A stretch of 64,000 nt of DNA, taken from Octopus vulgaris. Its lineage: Eukaryota. The stretch spans positions 73,098,001 through 73,162,000 of the forward strand of contig OX597819.1 in assembly GCA_951406725.2 (NCBI GenBank), given 5' to 3'. The translations under genes and the position numbers were made by a program. The notes beneath the pieces were generated by a model. That model did not search any database. It was not told the DNA's origin and saw only the letters and a list, made by a program, of their open reading frames with translations. The number at the start of each line of letters is the position of its first letter. Position 1 is the first letter of the stretch. Of this stretch, positions 12,745 to 25,739 are shown piece after piece.

Positions 12745-13804
12745 TAGTTGTCCAATTGTTGTTGAATCGTTTATTCTTTATTTTACAGCTTTGATAATGA
12801 AGGTTGAAAAAATTGTAATTGGAGCCATTTTACACTACCTGTGGGAAAAAATGACTGAGTGGAAGGCAACAGCAAAAAAAAAAACTAGTAATGTGGAAGG
12901 CCTGGGAACTGTCAATGAAGATGTAGCACAAAACTGGTTCCGATGTTTCAAGGAAGGTGATACCAGCCTCAAAGACAAAACTAGGTCAGGGTGACCTGTT
13001 GTGGAAGATGAGGCCATGTTTGAAATAGTCGGATAATAACTTGTTGTTGGCAGAACTTGGTCCTTCACACAGCACCATCAATCAACACTTCTATAAGTTT
13101 GACCTTGTGAATAGAAGCTGTCAAGAAGCTCCTCATGAAATAACCAATGACCCATATGAACATTTGCAAACAACTGCTGGCAAATACTCACGATGCCTGT
13201 TTTTGGCATTAAAATTTAACTGGGAATGAAAAATGGATCTTACTTTCATAATTCTTATAAGAGAAATCAGTGGCTTTGTTCCAGCCAGACATCAGAGTCT
13301 GTTGTCCAAGAAGGGTGGTTTAAACAGAAGGCCATGTTATGTATCATACTTGGCGGAATTTCAGGATGTGTTGAGGTGTTGTACTTTGAGCTTGTCCCAG
13401 ATGATTACGCTGTGAATGCCAACCTTTATACTCAATAACTGCATACAATATATGATGCTTTGAAAGCCCCTGACCCTGTATCGGTCAACTGAAGGCATGC
13501 ACTCCTACAGCAAGACAATTCCCCTGCATGCACTGCTAATGTGACCAAGTGCAAATTTGGGGAATTTGAGGGACTGGATGACCACCTCTTCCAAGCTGTT
13601 GTTCATTTTCTGTACAGACAGAGACTCGACAATGTGGCTGATGTTGAAACCAGGAGCAGGGAGATTTTTGCCTTTAAACAAGTCAAACGGCATAAGCATA
13701 GAATTGGGCTTCTGGTACAACAATAGCAACAGACAACAGAATAGGATGGAATATATGTTGATGAATAAACACTTTACATGTGTAATTTTTCTGAACTATT
13801 AATT

Positions 13805-14100
13805 CATCATCATTATCATCATTTAACATCCATTTTCCATGCTGCCATGGTTTGGACGGTTAGACAAGAACTAGCAAAATCAGAGGCCATACCAGGTTCC
13901 ATTATCTGTTTTGGTTTGGTTTCTACAGCTGGATGCTCATCCTAACACCAACCACTTTACAGAGTGTACTGGGTGTTTTTACATGGTACCATCGCCAGTG
14001 CTTTATTCAGCACCATCACCAACAATAACGATTTTTTACATGGCACTTTGGTTTTAGGATATCAATTCTGTTGTGGTGGGCAGGTCTTCTTGAGTTGAAA
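13805..14100 (-). mobile_element. Family C (RTE 3'-UTR) copy
   Basis: (CAT)n tail and ctacagctggatgc..cctaacaccaacc motif. Confidence 0.75.
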
Positions 14101-14321
14101 TACAAAAAGACCTCAACCTGGTGTCCAGACTTCTTGACATGGGTGCTCTGATTGGAAGACAAAAAGCCTCACCATTCATGGAAATGATGTTGTTTGTAGG
14201 TCTGTGACAGCATGCTGGACTGTTTGTCGTTTGGTAGACTGTGCAAATATGTGACGGTTGATGTCAAGAAAGGCATCTGACCATTGAAAATCTGCCCTCA
14301 AGTATAGATGAGTAGATATTA

Positions 14322-14512
14322 GAATAATGATGATGAAGATGATGATGATGATGGTGGTGGTGGTGGTGATGACAGCGACAGTGATGATGATGGTGTTGAG
14401 GCTAATGATGAAGACAGTGACGCTGATGATGATGATGACGATGACGATGATGATAATAATGATGACGATGACGATGATGATGGTAATTATGATGATGACA
14501 ACAATGATAATT
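14322..14512. repeat. (GAT/GGT)n trinucleotide microsatellite
   Basis: Directly visible; a similar (CAT)n tract lies at 14885-15025. Confidence 0.9.
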
Positions 14513-15459
14513 GTTCTCATAAAAGTGTAATTTTAATTAAAATTTCTTGCTTTATTACATCAAGTATAATCTTCATCCAAGTGGTTCAAATGCACGCCTC
14601 AGATTTCCAAGTGGTTTAAAAGTGTCAGCAGAAGAGCACCAAGGAGTCATGATCTGGATGTGGCCTGGAGCTCTTTAAAGTGTAAGTTAAGGCCCAAACC
14701 ACTGGCCTGAAAGGAGTGTTTCTTCCCTGCAGACCTTCTGCTGTTCAGCTCTCTTGAGAGTTTCTTACCATTTTTAATATGAAAGCTAATTGTCAACTAT
14801 TTATTCATCACCAACCATTATTAATCTCAATTAAGAAAATTACAGTTGTCAGTGACAGTTGACGACTCTCAGTCACAATGTTGTCGTCATCAGCACCATC
14901 ATCATCATCATCATCATCATCGCCATCACCTTCACCATTATCATCATCATTACCATCATTACCATCACCATCATTATCATCATCATCATCACCATGATCA
15001 AGATTATGATTAATCATCATCATTTAACAGCCATGCTCTATGCTGGCATGGGTGGGATGACACAACAGGAACTGACAGGTCCAAGAACTGCATCATGCTT
15101 CATTGCCAGCTTTGGCATGCTTTCTACAGCTGGATACCCTTTTTTAATGCCAACCACTTTACAGAGTGGACTGGCTGCATATTTTTCATAGCACCAGCAT
15201 TAGTGATGCTACCATGCAGCTTGCAAAACTATGATCCCTGAAAGAGGCAGCTTTGTGATAGGGGACAAGGGATGAAAGTATGAGAGAAGAGGCCAGAGCA
15301 GAACAGGCTTCTTGCTGTAGAGGAGCTACATGGCTACTTATGAGGTGGAGCTGGAAATAGATAGAAGTAGTGATAATGAAGAGTCTGTTTGAGTCCTCAA
15401 TGTACAAAAGTGAGTTGAAGTGAATGGGGAACAGAAGAACAGTTACAGCAACAATCATT

Positions 15460-15740
15460 CAAGTTGATCTGATCAAAAGAACAGCCTACTCATGAAATTA
15501 ACCAGCAAGTGATTGGGCACTCCACAGACACACACGCCCTTAATGTAGTTCTTAGGGAGATTCAGCATGATACAGAATGTGACATGGTTGGCCCCTTTGA
15601 ATTACAGGTGCAATTCTTTTTTGCCTGCTGAGTCAACTGGAGCAACATGAAATGAAGTATCTTGAAATACACAACATGCTGCCAGGATTAGAACTCATAT
15701 CCTTATGATTGTGAGCTGAATGCCCTAACCACTAAGCCAT
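15460..15740 (-). mobile_element. SINE family B
   Basis: Homologous to 4334-4648; CpGs decayed to TG/CA. Confidence 0.85.
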
Positions 15741-16039
15741 CGATGGGTAGAAGTTGCAAGAGTGACACATGCAGAATGAGTGAGGGGATGAATATAATGA
15801 ATGAAGAACAAGTGTTGAGGGAAGATAAGTAAGAGAGATAAGGGAGAGTAGGTGACAACTGTAGAGATTGGGTAGGGCTAAGGAATGGATGTAGTGAATG
15901 TTGGATGTGGTGTAGGAGATTCCATCCCATGAAACTTGACTTCCATTAAAATAATTTTTTGTGACAATTAACAGATGTTATTGCCAGGCAGTAAATTTAA
16001 ATGGATCCAAATACCCAGTCTTCAATGGCAGTGACTATA

Positions 16040-16270
16040 GTTAATAATAATAATCCTTTCTATTATAGGCACAAGGCCTGAAATATGGGGATGAGGCTAG
16101 TTGATTTCATCGACCCCAGTGCATAACTGGTACTTATTTAATCGACCCCAAAAGGATGAAAGGCAAAGTCAACCTCAGCAAAATTTGAATTCAGAACGTA
16201 GCAGCAGACAAAATAGCGCTAAGCATTTCGACCAGCGTGCTAACAATTCTGCCAGCTCACCGCCTTGTTA
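16040..16270 (-). mobile_element. SINE family D (tRNA head + Meta-like domain, (ATT)n tail)
   Basis: Minus strand has gactttgcctttcatccttttggggtcgattaaataagtaccag; further copies near 17290, 19600-20060, 26470-26830, 44100-44540, 45510, 48170 and 63500-63965. Confidence 0.8.
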
Positions 16271-16348
16271 ATAATAAGGATAATAATTTCTCACATTGCC
16301 ATAAAAAAGAAAACTAATTTGTAAAAGAGGAGGTACGATTATTTAAAC

Positions 16349-16723
16349 TAGTGGTTCTCAAGCCATTTTTTTTTACCAATGAACCTTTTCAATTACTATT
16401 CCGTGTTTAGAAACTAGTTTTATAGATATTTCTTTCAAAATTCCTATTTTGTTTTCAAACATTCACTTTTTTTTTTTTCCTCTAGTTTCAGCTCAGAGCT
16501 GCGGCCATGCTGATGCACTGCCGTTTTAGGTTTCCAATAGAACTCTCTGAGAGAAATGTTACAGAAAGAAGCCACCTCGCTGTTTCTGGCAATAAATACA
16601 TTGTAAACAAAATTTTGTCATGGGCCACCAAAATACCCCTAATTTACTATTTCGCTTGTGTGGACCTCAAAAAATTTTATATGGACCCCTAGGGGTCATA
16701 AGGAATCCAATTGAGAAGCACTG
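16349..16723. mobile_element. hAT MITE
   Basis: TIRs tagtggttctcaa / ttgagaagcactg; perfect 8-bp TSD ATTTAAAC. Confidence 0.88.
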
Positions 16724-17589
16724 ATTTAAACTGACCTTAATATTCTTATGTCTGTTTATCCATGCTACCATGAGTTAGTTGTATTATTTAGGCATTGTCT
16801 TACAGGTGGGTGCACTCCCTGACACTAACTCTTACCTGTTTAAAGTAAGGGAACTCTTATTCCACACCACACTGAAGGTATGAAGCAAGCAGACAAGTTA
16901 TTGCGAGGACAAATGCTAACAAGAACACCAAGCAAATGTCATGATTTTCAAAGAAGTGAGCATAGATGTAAACACACACACACACATACAAAGATAGAGA
17001 ATTGAAGTGTTGATATTTTAAAAACTGAATTTGGCTGTTCTTTGGTCATTCTGTTGCCTAGGTACATCACATCCTCTTCACCAGGCTTTCTAAGGTCTTC
17101 AGTAGGAACAATTCAGTGCCAGTCCGGTGGCACTGGCATCAACCACACTCCAATGGTGCTTTTTACATGCCACCAACACAGGTGCCAGTCACATGGTACT
17201 GGGATCAGCCATGACAATGATTTCACTTGAGTCAACTGGTCTTCTCATGCACAGCATATCACCCAATGATTGAAGGGTGGTCTTAAATAGGCGGTTTCAA
17301 ATTTTGGTGCCAATCCAACAATTTTAGGGAGAAGGGGTCAATCAATTACATCAACCCCAGTGTTCATCTGGTACTTATTTTATTGACTCCAAAGGGATGA
17401 AAGGCAAAGTCAACCATGGTGGAATTTGGACCTGGAGCATAAAGATCCAGTAGAGCTAAGCATTTTATCTGACATACTAATGATTCTACCCTAACCCTAA
17501 CTTAGATAACTTAGATTGGTTTCAGCCATTATCAGCCCAGGCCATGACTAACTCAATAGTACCACCTGGAAAAGGCTTTTAGTTAATTA

Positions 17590-17820
17590 TTTCAGGACAC
17601 CATGGACCAGTTATTATTGGTTGAGACATATCCAGGTGTAGGTGGTTTATATGGTATTTCATGGAGGAATTTGTCCAGGTACCGTTTGAAAGTTGTGGTG
17701 TCTTTTTCTACTTTAATTTCTTTCGGAATAACATTGAAAAGAGTAGGACCATTTGCAGTGAAGAAATTGTGTTGCAATGTTCTTATATGATATGATCTTG
17801 ACCTTTGTAGGGGACACATT
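17590..17820 (-). pseudogene. LINE (CR1/Jockey-group) RT C-terminal fragment
   Basis: NGPTLFNVIPKEIK..FKRYLDKFLHEIP..P.TPGY motif. Confidence 0.7.
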
Positions 17821-17824
17821 GCAC

Positions 17825-18060
17825 AAATACCCTCTCACAGTAATACATTGGAATCTAATCAATTAATCATACCTTCTCGCAGTAATATACTGAGATCTGG
17901 TTAATAAACTCTATCCTCCTATATTAATGTATTGGGATCCAGTTAATCAACTGTACTCTCTCTCAATAATATACTAGCTAATCCAGTGTACCCTCTAACA
18001 GTAATATCCTAGGGTCTAGTTAATAAACCATATCCTCTTTTACAGGGGTCTAGCTGGTAA
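17825..18060. repeat. Degenerate ~40-45-bp tandem repeat
   Basis: Recurring taccctctc..cagtaatatactgggatctagttaat-like units. Confidence 0.65.
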
Positions 18061-18558
18061 AGAGTACTTGGCTAAATTTATGGTCTTGTACCAAAGTTAA
18101 GCACTTCTGTTTGTTATTGTTAGGAGAGTGGTATAGGCAGATGAAATCACACTGGACTGCATGAATAGTTTAAATCCTGCTCCGTTTGCCTTTAATTCAT
18201 TTCAGACCAATAAATTAGGCATCAGTAATACACAAGAGATCAGCATCACCATTTCTCCCCTTCACAACTGGTCGTCATCATCACCATCTAAAGTTTGCCT
18301 CCCATACTACCCAGACATGATTTTAGGCAGAGGAATGGTTGTGTGGGTAAGAAACTTGCTTTCCAAGCACATGGTTTCAGGTCCGATCACACAGCATGGT
18401 ACCTTGAGCAAGTGTCTTCCACTTACTCAGTGTAATGCCTTTATGGCAAAATCATTGAAATAAAGTGTCTTCTACTTTAGTCTTGGGCCAACCAAAACCT
18501 TATGAGAGAATTTGGTAAACAGAAGTTTTGTCATGTATCTACAAAAGTGTACTTTATA

Positions 18559-18600
18559 TTAGTAGAATTCTTTATTGTTGATGCTGAAGAAAGATGGAGG
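18559..18600 (-). CDS. Candidate terminal coding exon (PPSFFSINNKEFY*) of a small spliced ORF
   Basis: Strong acceptor tcttcttttgttgtttcag; phase 0, compatible with the exon at 20489-20557. Confidence 0.25.
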   Translation of the reverse strand, partial: PPSFFSINNKEFY

Positions 18601-18639
18601 CTGAAACAACAAAAGAAGACATGTCCGATTATTCAGGCC

Positions 18640-19206
18640 CATTACTAAACATTAGTGTTTGGAAACATGAAATTTTGAAGGAAGATTTTAACCCTTTTGT
18701 TATGAACCCAGCTCTGACCCTGAGTACAAATGTCTTGTTTTCATAAGTTTTGAATTTATGTTCCTAACACTAGCTTCATGATAACTAAGTTATTTTACTA
18801 AATTCTTTGTTATATTTACAGTAATTGAAAGAAACACAGAGCATCTCAACAGAAATGCAGTAACAAAAGGGTTAATTTAGATCACTTCAAAGTTTGTATT
18901 ACAGAATGGGGGTGGGGTCAGACAGATTGTTTTCAAAAGGCTTAACCTCTCGTTACCATTTTTCTGTTGAAATGGAGGGCCTTTGTTTCAATTAATTTTG
19001 AAAATAACAACAAATTTAGAAAATTAATTTTGTCATTGATAAGCTGAAGTTTGGAACATAAATGAACATGAAATTTCGAAAGATTTCAATTCAGATCAAT
19101 TTAAAACATGAACTTTGAATCATGGAACCATGAACTTTTGAGTGAAGATTTTTTTTTATCAGAGAACAAGAGGCAGTCTCAGGTGGATTGCTATCAAAAA
19201 GGTTAA
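18640..19206. mobile_element. Cluster of TTAA-specific piggyBac-like MITEs, one nested in another
   Basis: TTAA|CCCTTTTG..CAAAAGGG|TTAA at 18688-18875 inside a sister copy; another copy at 18942-19206. Confidence 0.8.
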
Positions 19207-19306
19207 AGCTATTTTACTCCTCTTCAAATACCAGAATTATTGTTGTTATGGCGGAAATAGTAAATATTTCCCACTGGAAAGTGTTTTCTCTCTCTTAAGT
19301 CTAGAG

Positions 19307-19495
19307 TAGCAGTTCTCAATGATGGCTCCCATGACCATATGCAGCCCTCAAGCACCCTTTCCGCGGCCGTCCTTCTATATATATATAAATTTTTCTTTAA
19401 TTGACTTAAGCTTTAATTTTTATTTTGGTGCAGCCCCTAAAAAAAATTCAGGTTTTGGATCTGGCCCGAATATTAAAAAAGGTTGAGACCTACTG
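19307..19495. mobile_element. Degenerate hAT MITE
   Basis: tagcagttctcaa / ttgagacctactg ends with an imperfect 8-bp TSD. Confidence 0.55.
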
Positions 19496-20488
19496 GTTTC
19501 AAGGGTCGGACAATTGGTGCCCACCACACTTGGAAGGGAGAGATCCCTAAATTGGAAACCTGGTTAAAGTGTTTGTCATAGTTAGACTACATTAAAGGTG
19601 GCGATGTTAAACTGGGCGAGGCCATGGCAGGATTTGAACCCAGAACGCAATGAGTCGGAACAAACACAAAGTATCATATCTGACTTTCTCATGATACCGA
19701 AAGTCCTCTGCTCTAGATAAGTATTTTATTTATTGACTCCAGAAGAACGACAAGTTGACCTCAGAGAAATTTGAACTCTGAACGTAAGAAACGGGGAAAA
19801 TAACGCAAATGAAGACATGAAAAATAATTTCTGAATTCGGCATAGTTTAGTACCATTTCAAAGAATAAGGCATCAAACTATCTGAACTTTAAATCGTAAC
19901 TGTCGAGAAAACATCTTTAGACCTCAATTAAATTGATCGCAGTATTTGGTAAATATTTTATCGGTCCCAGAAGGAAGAAAGACATCGTTCATTTCAGTGA
20001 CATTTAAACAGAAAACACTTAGAGTCTAAACGAAATACTATAAGGTGTCTAACGATCTTCAAATAATATCAGAGGGGTTGTAGTGTTTATGCTTTTCCAA
20101 TGGGCACTGAACAGGATTCAAAACACCTTCATATTTTATTTTCTGTTCTATATATAAGGTCGAGATATTATTCATCCTTCATACGGGATTCATGGTTCGA
20201 ACAAAATAAATTGCCTTTAATTGGAAATCGAACCCGCATGATGGCCTCAGATCATCGGGTTTGTCCGCCTCAAACATTACGAGGCCACAAAAGGCGAATT
20301 CATTAAAATGACCGGTGTTTAAACTTATAGGTTGTAGTGATGGACAGGAACAAGATCTCAGCTAAATTTTGTATTGTTTCTTTAAGAAACCGTTATTATT
20401 GCTCTTCTTGGCGACGACAATGATGATGTTCCTGTTGTCATCTTTGTCGCAGAGATGGTGGTGAGGGTCTAATTTCTTGTGGTTCTAC

Positions 20489-20557
20489 CTGTAGAATTTT
20501 CCAACAGCATTCAGCAAATATCTGTAAAATACTTTTCTGATCTTCCCAGGAAACATT
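20489..20557 (-). CDS. Candidate coding exon (NVSWEDQKSILQIFAECCWKILQ)
   Basis: Long polypyrimidine acceptor ttttttcccctttctttttaag; donor CAG|gtagaa; 69 nt, phase 0/0. Confidence 0.4.
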
Positions 20558-20832
20558 CTTAAAAAGAAAGGGGAAAAAACATTGAAAATAATTGCAGCGA
20601 GAAATTTTTTAAAAATTGTAATATATATATAACTGTAAAAAAATATGTATATACATATCTAATAATTATAAATATTTCAGATGTAAAAATGGAAAGAAAA
20701 TTTTTTAAAAAATAAATCTGTTTCCAGCACTTTCTGAAATAACAGCCATTCTTGTATGTAAGCCCCCTCCCCCCTCCTCGGGTCGCTGTCAGAGGACAGG
20801 TTCAATAGTACTGCTACATGTTCACGACTAAC

Positions 20833-20886
20833 ACTTGGAGATTTGGGTGTTCTAATAAAACTTTTCAACGTTTCTAACTCTGACAT
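20833..20886 (-). CDS. Candidate first coding exon (MSELETLKSFIRTPKSPS)
   Basis: Acceptor ctcac..ttttgtattttttcag at 20897; ATG at 20886; donor AGT|gttagt; splices in frame to 20557. Confidence 0.4.
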
Positions 20887-23800
20887 GATTTCTGAGCTGA
20901 AAAAATACAAAATGCCGTTGTGAGTTAAGGAATAAAAAATAGTTTTTAAATATGATAATCTCCCTTTGACCGAATAACTAGGTTAGTGAGGAGTTGAAGA
21001 ATAGAATAGTAGTATAACAGTGCAGGAAATAAATGCTTGTTTGTGGATGCTGTGTGAATTGCTTCACTTTAAAGTAATCAAATGTATATAGCTTTTTGCT
21101 GAACAGTAAACTTGTGTGTAGTTGTTATGTGTATGAACCTATACAGTCTTACAAGAGGCCATTCAATATAGTCACATATTAACAAAATGGCTACTCTGGA
21201 CTAGCGGGTGTTTCGGTGGCGTTGGTTTTATTCAGAAGGCGAAGTGCATTCAAAAGCTTCGACGTCTTTAATAAGTTTAAAATTGTTATTGAGTACCGCA
21301 AATCGTTTCGCTGTGACTAGTGACGACCACGATATTGCTATAATTAATCGGAATCAGACATGAAATCGGTTGGCGTATAATGGAGAAAGGTATATGGTAG
21401 CAGTTATTACATAGTGTAAAGTAACCAAGATGGCCGTTATACTACCATGGAGAGATTTCCAGCTAACCCATTTCATCAGAGGAATACCCTAAACAGTTTA
21501 CTTCATCTCTCAGGATATTCTTTTTTGTAACTGGTTATGAATTTCAGTGGCTTGTCTTTATTGAAAAGAGTACACAGGATTATTATATACATAAATCTGT
21601 TGGATATTTTTCTAGAGTACCTTAGTAACCTTATCCTCCATGTTTAGTGTTAAGCTGTTGTAGAAAAAAATAATCGTTTCTCACAAAATGCGTTTACAAG
21701 AACATAAATTTTCGATTAATAATTGCATATTTCTATAAGAAAGGCTTAAAATAATTTCAATTTCTTCGTGGATGTTGTAATCTGTATTTAAAAGGGATTC
21801 TTTTATATCTTTCCTTCTTTCTTTTTCTCTTTCTCACTCCCCTCCACCCCTTCCACTCAACATCTCTCCATTTCTCCCGCGCTTTGCTAAGTTTCTTCCA
21901 TGTTTGAACTCTCACTCAATACTTGAGTGTGAGTGAAGGCTGAGCAGCTGCCACAGTCGTCATGGAGAAAAGTAAACAAAGAAAAATCTCAAATCACTGA
22001 TATTTTTAGAGATAAATCGACACGTTAAATCGTCCATATGCTACAATAATTACGTCTTACAAACGTTATTTTACATAAAGCCTTACCACACTACACTTCA
22101 TATTTCATATGTAGTTTTATTACCTATATATATATATATATGCAATCATAATATAATTAAACCTACGCTCTAGTGAATCAGAAAATTCTTATTGTGATTT
22201 TAATATCTATTAATTTTGACTTGTATTCATATAAACTTCAGTTTCAATCTTCTAAAATATTAATTTAAATTACGTCTTAAACCTCGACATACACTCAATA
22301 TCTGAGAATCCACTTGGTTTACCATATGGAGATATCCATTCTACTAAATTCAGTGAATTATCGTCATAGTTTTACAAGTAGATCGAAAATTAGATGCTGT
22401 ATGACACAGTTCAGTTAACATTATTACACACATTTCTATTTTTATCGCGGATACTTTAGCTTTAAAAAATAGTGGCAAACCCAACAAGAACTAGAATATG
22501 GCCGCCAGCAAGCACTGCTAGCCAAAACCATTAAAAATACACGTAAATACAACGTGCTGCAACGATACTGTTGCCCTTTTTAATGGGATTTTTACGTAAA
22601 ATAATTGACGAAGAAATCCTCTAATGATACAGTGATCTTCAATATGGGTTTATAAACGATATACTTTGAAATTAATACGTACATTCGTTAATGAGAGGTT
22701 AATGTTCCCCGCCGCCTTTAAATGTTGTTTTGGGGCGATGTTTTGCCCTTTAACTTTTATTGTTATTCACGTATCTTTTTAATATACGTATAAATATCTA
22801 AAAATTACGATGGCTTTATTATAGATCTGTTTGATTGCTTAATAAGACTTTCTTAGACTAATTAAGGGTCAACCACACACACACATATTTATTGTACTTT
22901 TTAATAAGCATTAAAACAATTCTTTTTTTACCTATGGCTTTTCAGATTGCATTTTCAATGACTACATATATATTTTATATAAGCTAACGAGCATCCATTG
23001 TCCAACCAATAGCTTCAACGATTCATACATTGCCCAGTGGTCATAAAAATAATAATAATAATAATAATGATAATGGAAGATTGTTCATAATTAATTCAGT
23101 TTCTTCTAAATACAATATGGAGGTGGATTTAATAATCGTTGACTGGAAACTCTAATAAAACCTAACCCGACTCCCCCACACAGGCCTTCGAAATAAAACC
23201 AAAAATCGCAATAAATTACTGAATAGACAAAACATTATGTTACAATCATTATTAGTGTTAGTATAATTAAATTAGGATCTTTGGGAAATGGATGACTGCC
23301 ACAACATCTCGAAATTAGATTTTTCTTTCTTTTATAAATCGAAGACTTTCTGCTTAGTCAAAGAATTTTCCCCTTTAATTTGTTACAATCTGGTGGTTTC
23401 GATTCCCCGCGTTAATTAAAAGTTAATTTGCTTTATTCAGGTTTCTTAATAATCCTCACCAAACAGCATGAATGTCACGACATCACATTTTCCCAATGTT
23501 TTTAAATGTAAAGACTTAAATTCACCATGTGAAAGAAAAAAAATAAAACCCTTGTATTTTTTTAAATAATAACGAAATTATACAGACAATGGAATTTCTG
23601 ATGCCAAATTTATTCTTGTGTCTGCTAGAAAATTATTTATCTCGAGTCTTGAGGAATTTTAAAGGTTTTCATAAGAAAAATATTTTTATAATTTTGGTTA
23701 TGGCTTTCTTCTTGTGGTCACTAGATTCTTTTTTCTTCAAACTCTTCGAAAACTGTTTCCTTTCTTCAACTTGTGTTTATTATTTCCATTATTTTTTTTC

Positions 23801-24039
23801 TGTTTTTAGCTTCTCTAACCTAATTCCTGAATTCTTGCTGCAAAATACAAACTTCAGTTAAACGTTTATCTATCATCATCATTAATATTAATTTTGTAAA
23901 GAAAATAAAAACATTTCTTTCCAGTCAGATCCCATTTAAATTAATGTTATTTTCCAATTAATTATATGTGCGAGTCCGATAAAATACAGTTTGTTTCGAC
24001 TAACGTTTCTTGTCAGGAAGTGTATATACTAGATGTGTG

Positions 24040-24153
24040 TATATATATACATGTATATTTATATATATATATTGTATTTATTATATGTATATATATATAT
24101 ATGTATTTATATATATATATATGTATTTATATATATATATATATATATATTTT

Positions 24154-24186
<33 letters not shown>

Positions 24187-24465
24187 ATATATATATATTT
24201 AGTATTTATATATATATATATATATTTAGTATTTATATATATATATATATATATTTAGTATTTATATATATATATATATATATATTTAGTATTTATATAT
24301 ATATATATATATATTTAGTATCTATCTATATATATATTTAGTATTTATATATATATATATGTATCTATCTATATATATATTTAGTATTTATTTATCTATC
24401 TATCTATATATATATATATAGTATTTATATATATATTGTATGTGTGTGTGTATGTATATATATGA
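24040..24465. repeat. Long (TA)n array punctuated by ttagtattt units
   Basis: Directly visible. Confidence 0.95.
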
Positions 24466-25739
24466 TATACACACACGAGTTTCCTTGGTGTCGTTTATAA
24501 TAATGGTCAGTTTTACATTATTTTGGTTTTGTAATCATCGTTCTTGAAAAGTTCTAACGTAAATAAATATAAAATACGCTTATAGCTTGTATGACAAAAA
24601 GACACTTAATATATATATTTATATGTTAATTTGGTAATTTTATATATGATTATGTTTTATACACTTATTTTCACACAAATACATATATACATTGCACATA
24701 TTCTATTTGTGTTCTACATATTTCAACGATGTGGCCCTATTTTTTATTGACGCCTTGATACTGGGTCGCGATCTCCTCGTTTTTATATAAACAGAACAAG
24801 GAAAATCTCCATTGTATTGAGAAGATGAAGGCGGGGGTGTTTAAAATAATAAATGGTTTAGCAGTCGTCCCTGGTCGTTTCTGCTACATTCTTTCCTTCC
24901 TGATAATGTTTCACGACGAAAGTATTTTAACAAATCATTCTTAAATCACTTTAAGGGTGAGTCTCGGAGGGGATACAGCTATAAATAATAGCATATGTAT
25001 AAAAATAATAATACCCTTGGATGGAAAAAGAAAATGGATCGTAGGCTACCCGCGGGACATGAACCCGCAACGCCTCGTGTTTTTCTACGTTTTTGTGATG
25101 TAAATCAGTCATTTCTATAATTAAGTCTTTGTTAATTACTCACAACCAACGAATAGAATGGACAAGGAAAAAAAATCACCACCTTAAATATATTTTTGAC
25201 AATTAATTTTTGTTGGTGTCTTTCAGGAGGGCGGCATGGATGAACCTCACAACATCACATTACCGCCTCCTTCTTCATTTCTATTTCTTCTATAGTTTAT
25301 AAATCTGGTCTTTTGTCTACATAAAAATACCAAAAAAAAAATCAATTATGACTAGTTTTTCCTTTCTGATTGGCGCCATTTCACTTTTCTTTCTTCTTTA
25401 ACAAAGGCATCAACTTCACAACATCTCCATTCATTCCTCTTAACACACTCCGACACCATGTGCCTTTTCCAACACAGTTTTATTATTATTATTTTGTATT
25501 TCCGGTTAAATATCTTCCTCAAACCTCATTAATAAGCCAGAACATGTAATTAATTCTTATATTTTTCTCCTCACTTAATGTCATTATTGTTTTTATAATG
25601 ATTAATTGTTAATGGTGTTGGTATCTTTACAAATTTAAATTAAGAATTGTTAGTAAAACCTTGACACAAATTACTTTATGTCGAAAGCAATTCTTTTTCC
25701 CATAACATTAAATCATAAATCCCCGGGATAATTTCTCTA

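Larger units (their letters stand above)
12268..13800 (+). mobile_element. Degenerate mariner transposon containing a later insertion
   Basis: HTH region ILHYLWEK..TVNEDVAQNWFRCFKEGDTSLKDKTRSG, then a frameshifted catalytic domain; homologous to 32010-32480. Confidence 0.85.

Noticed and set aside
17488-17501. Telomeric (CCCTAA)2
   Set aside because: Only two units; not distinguishable from chance.
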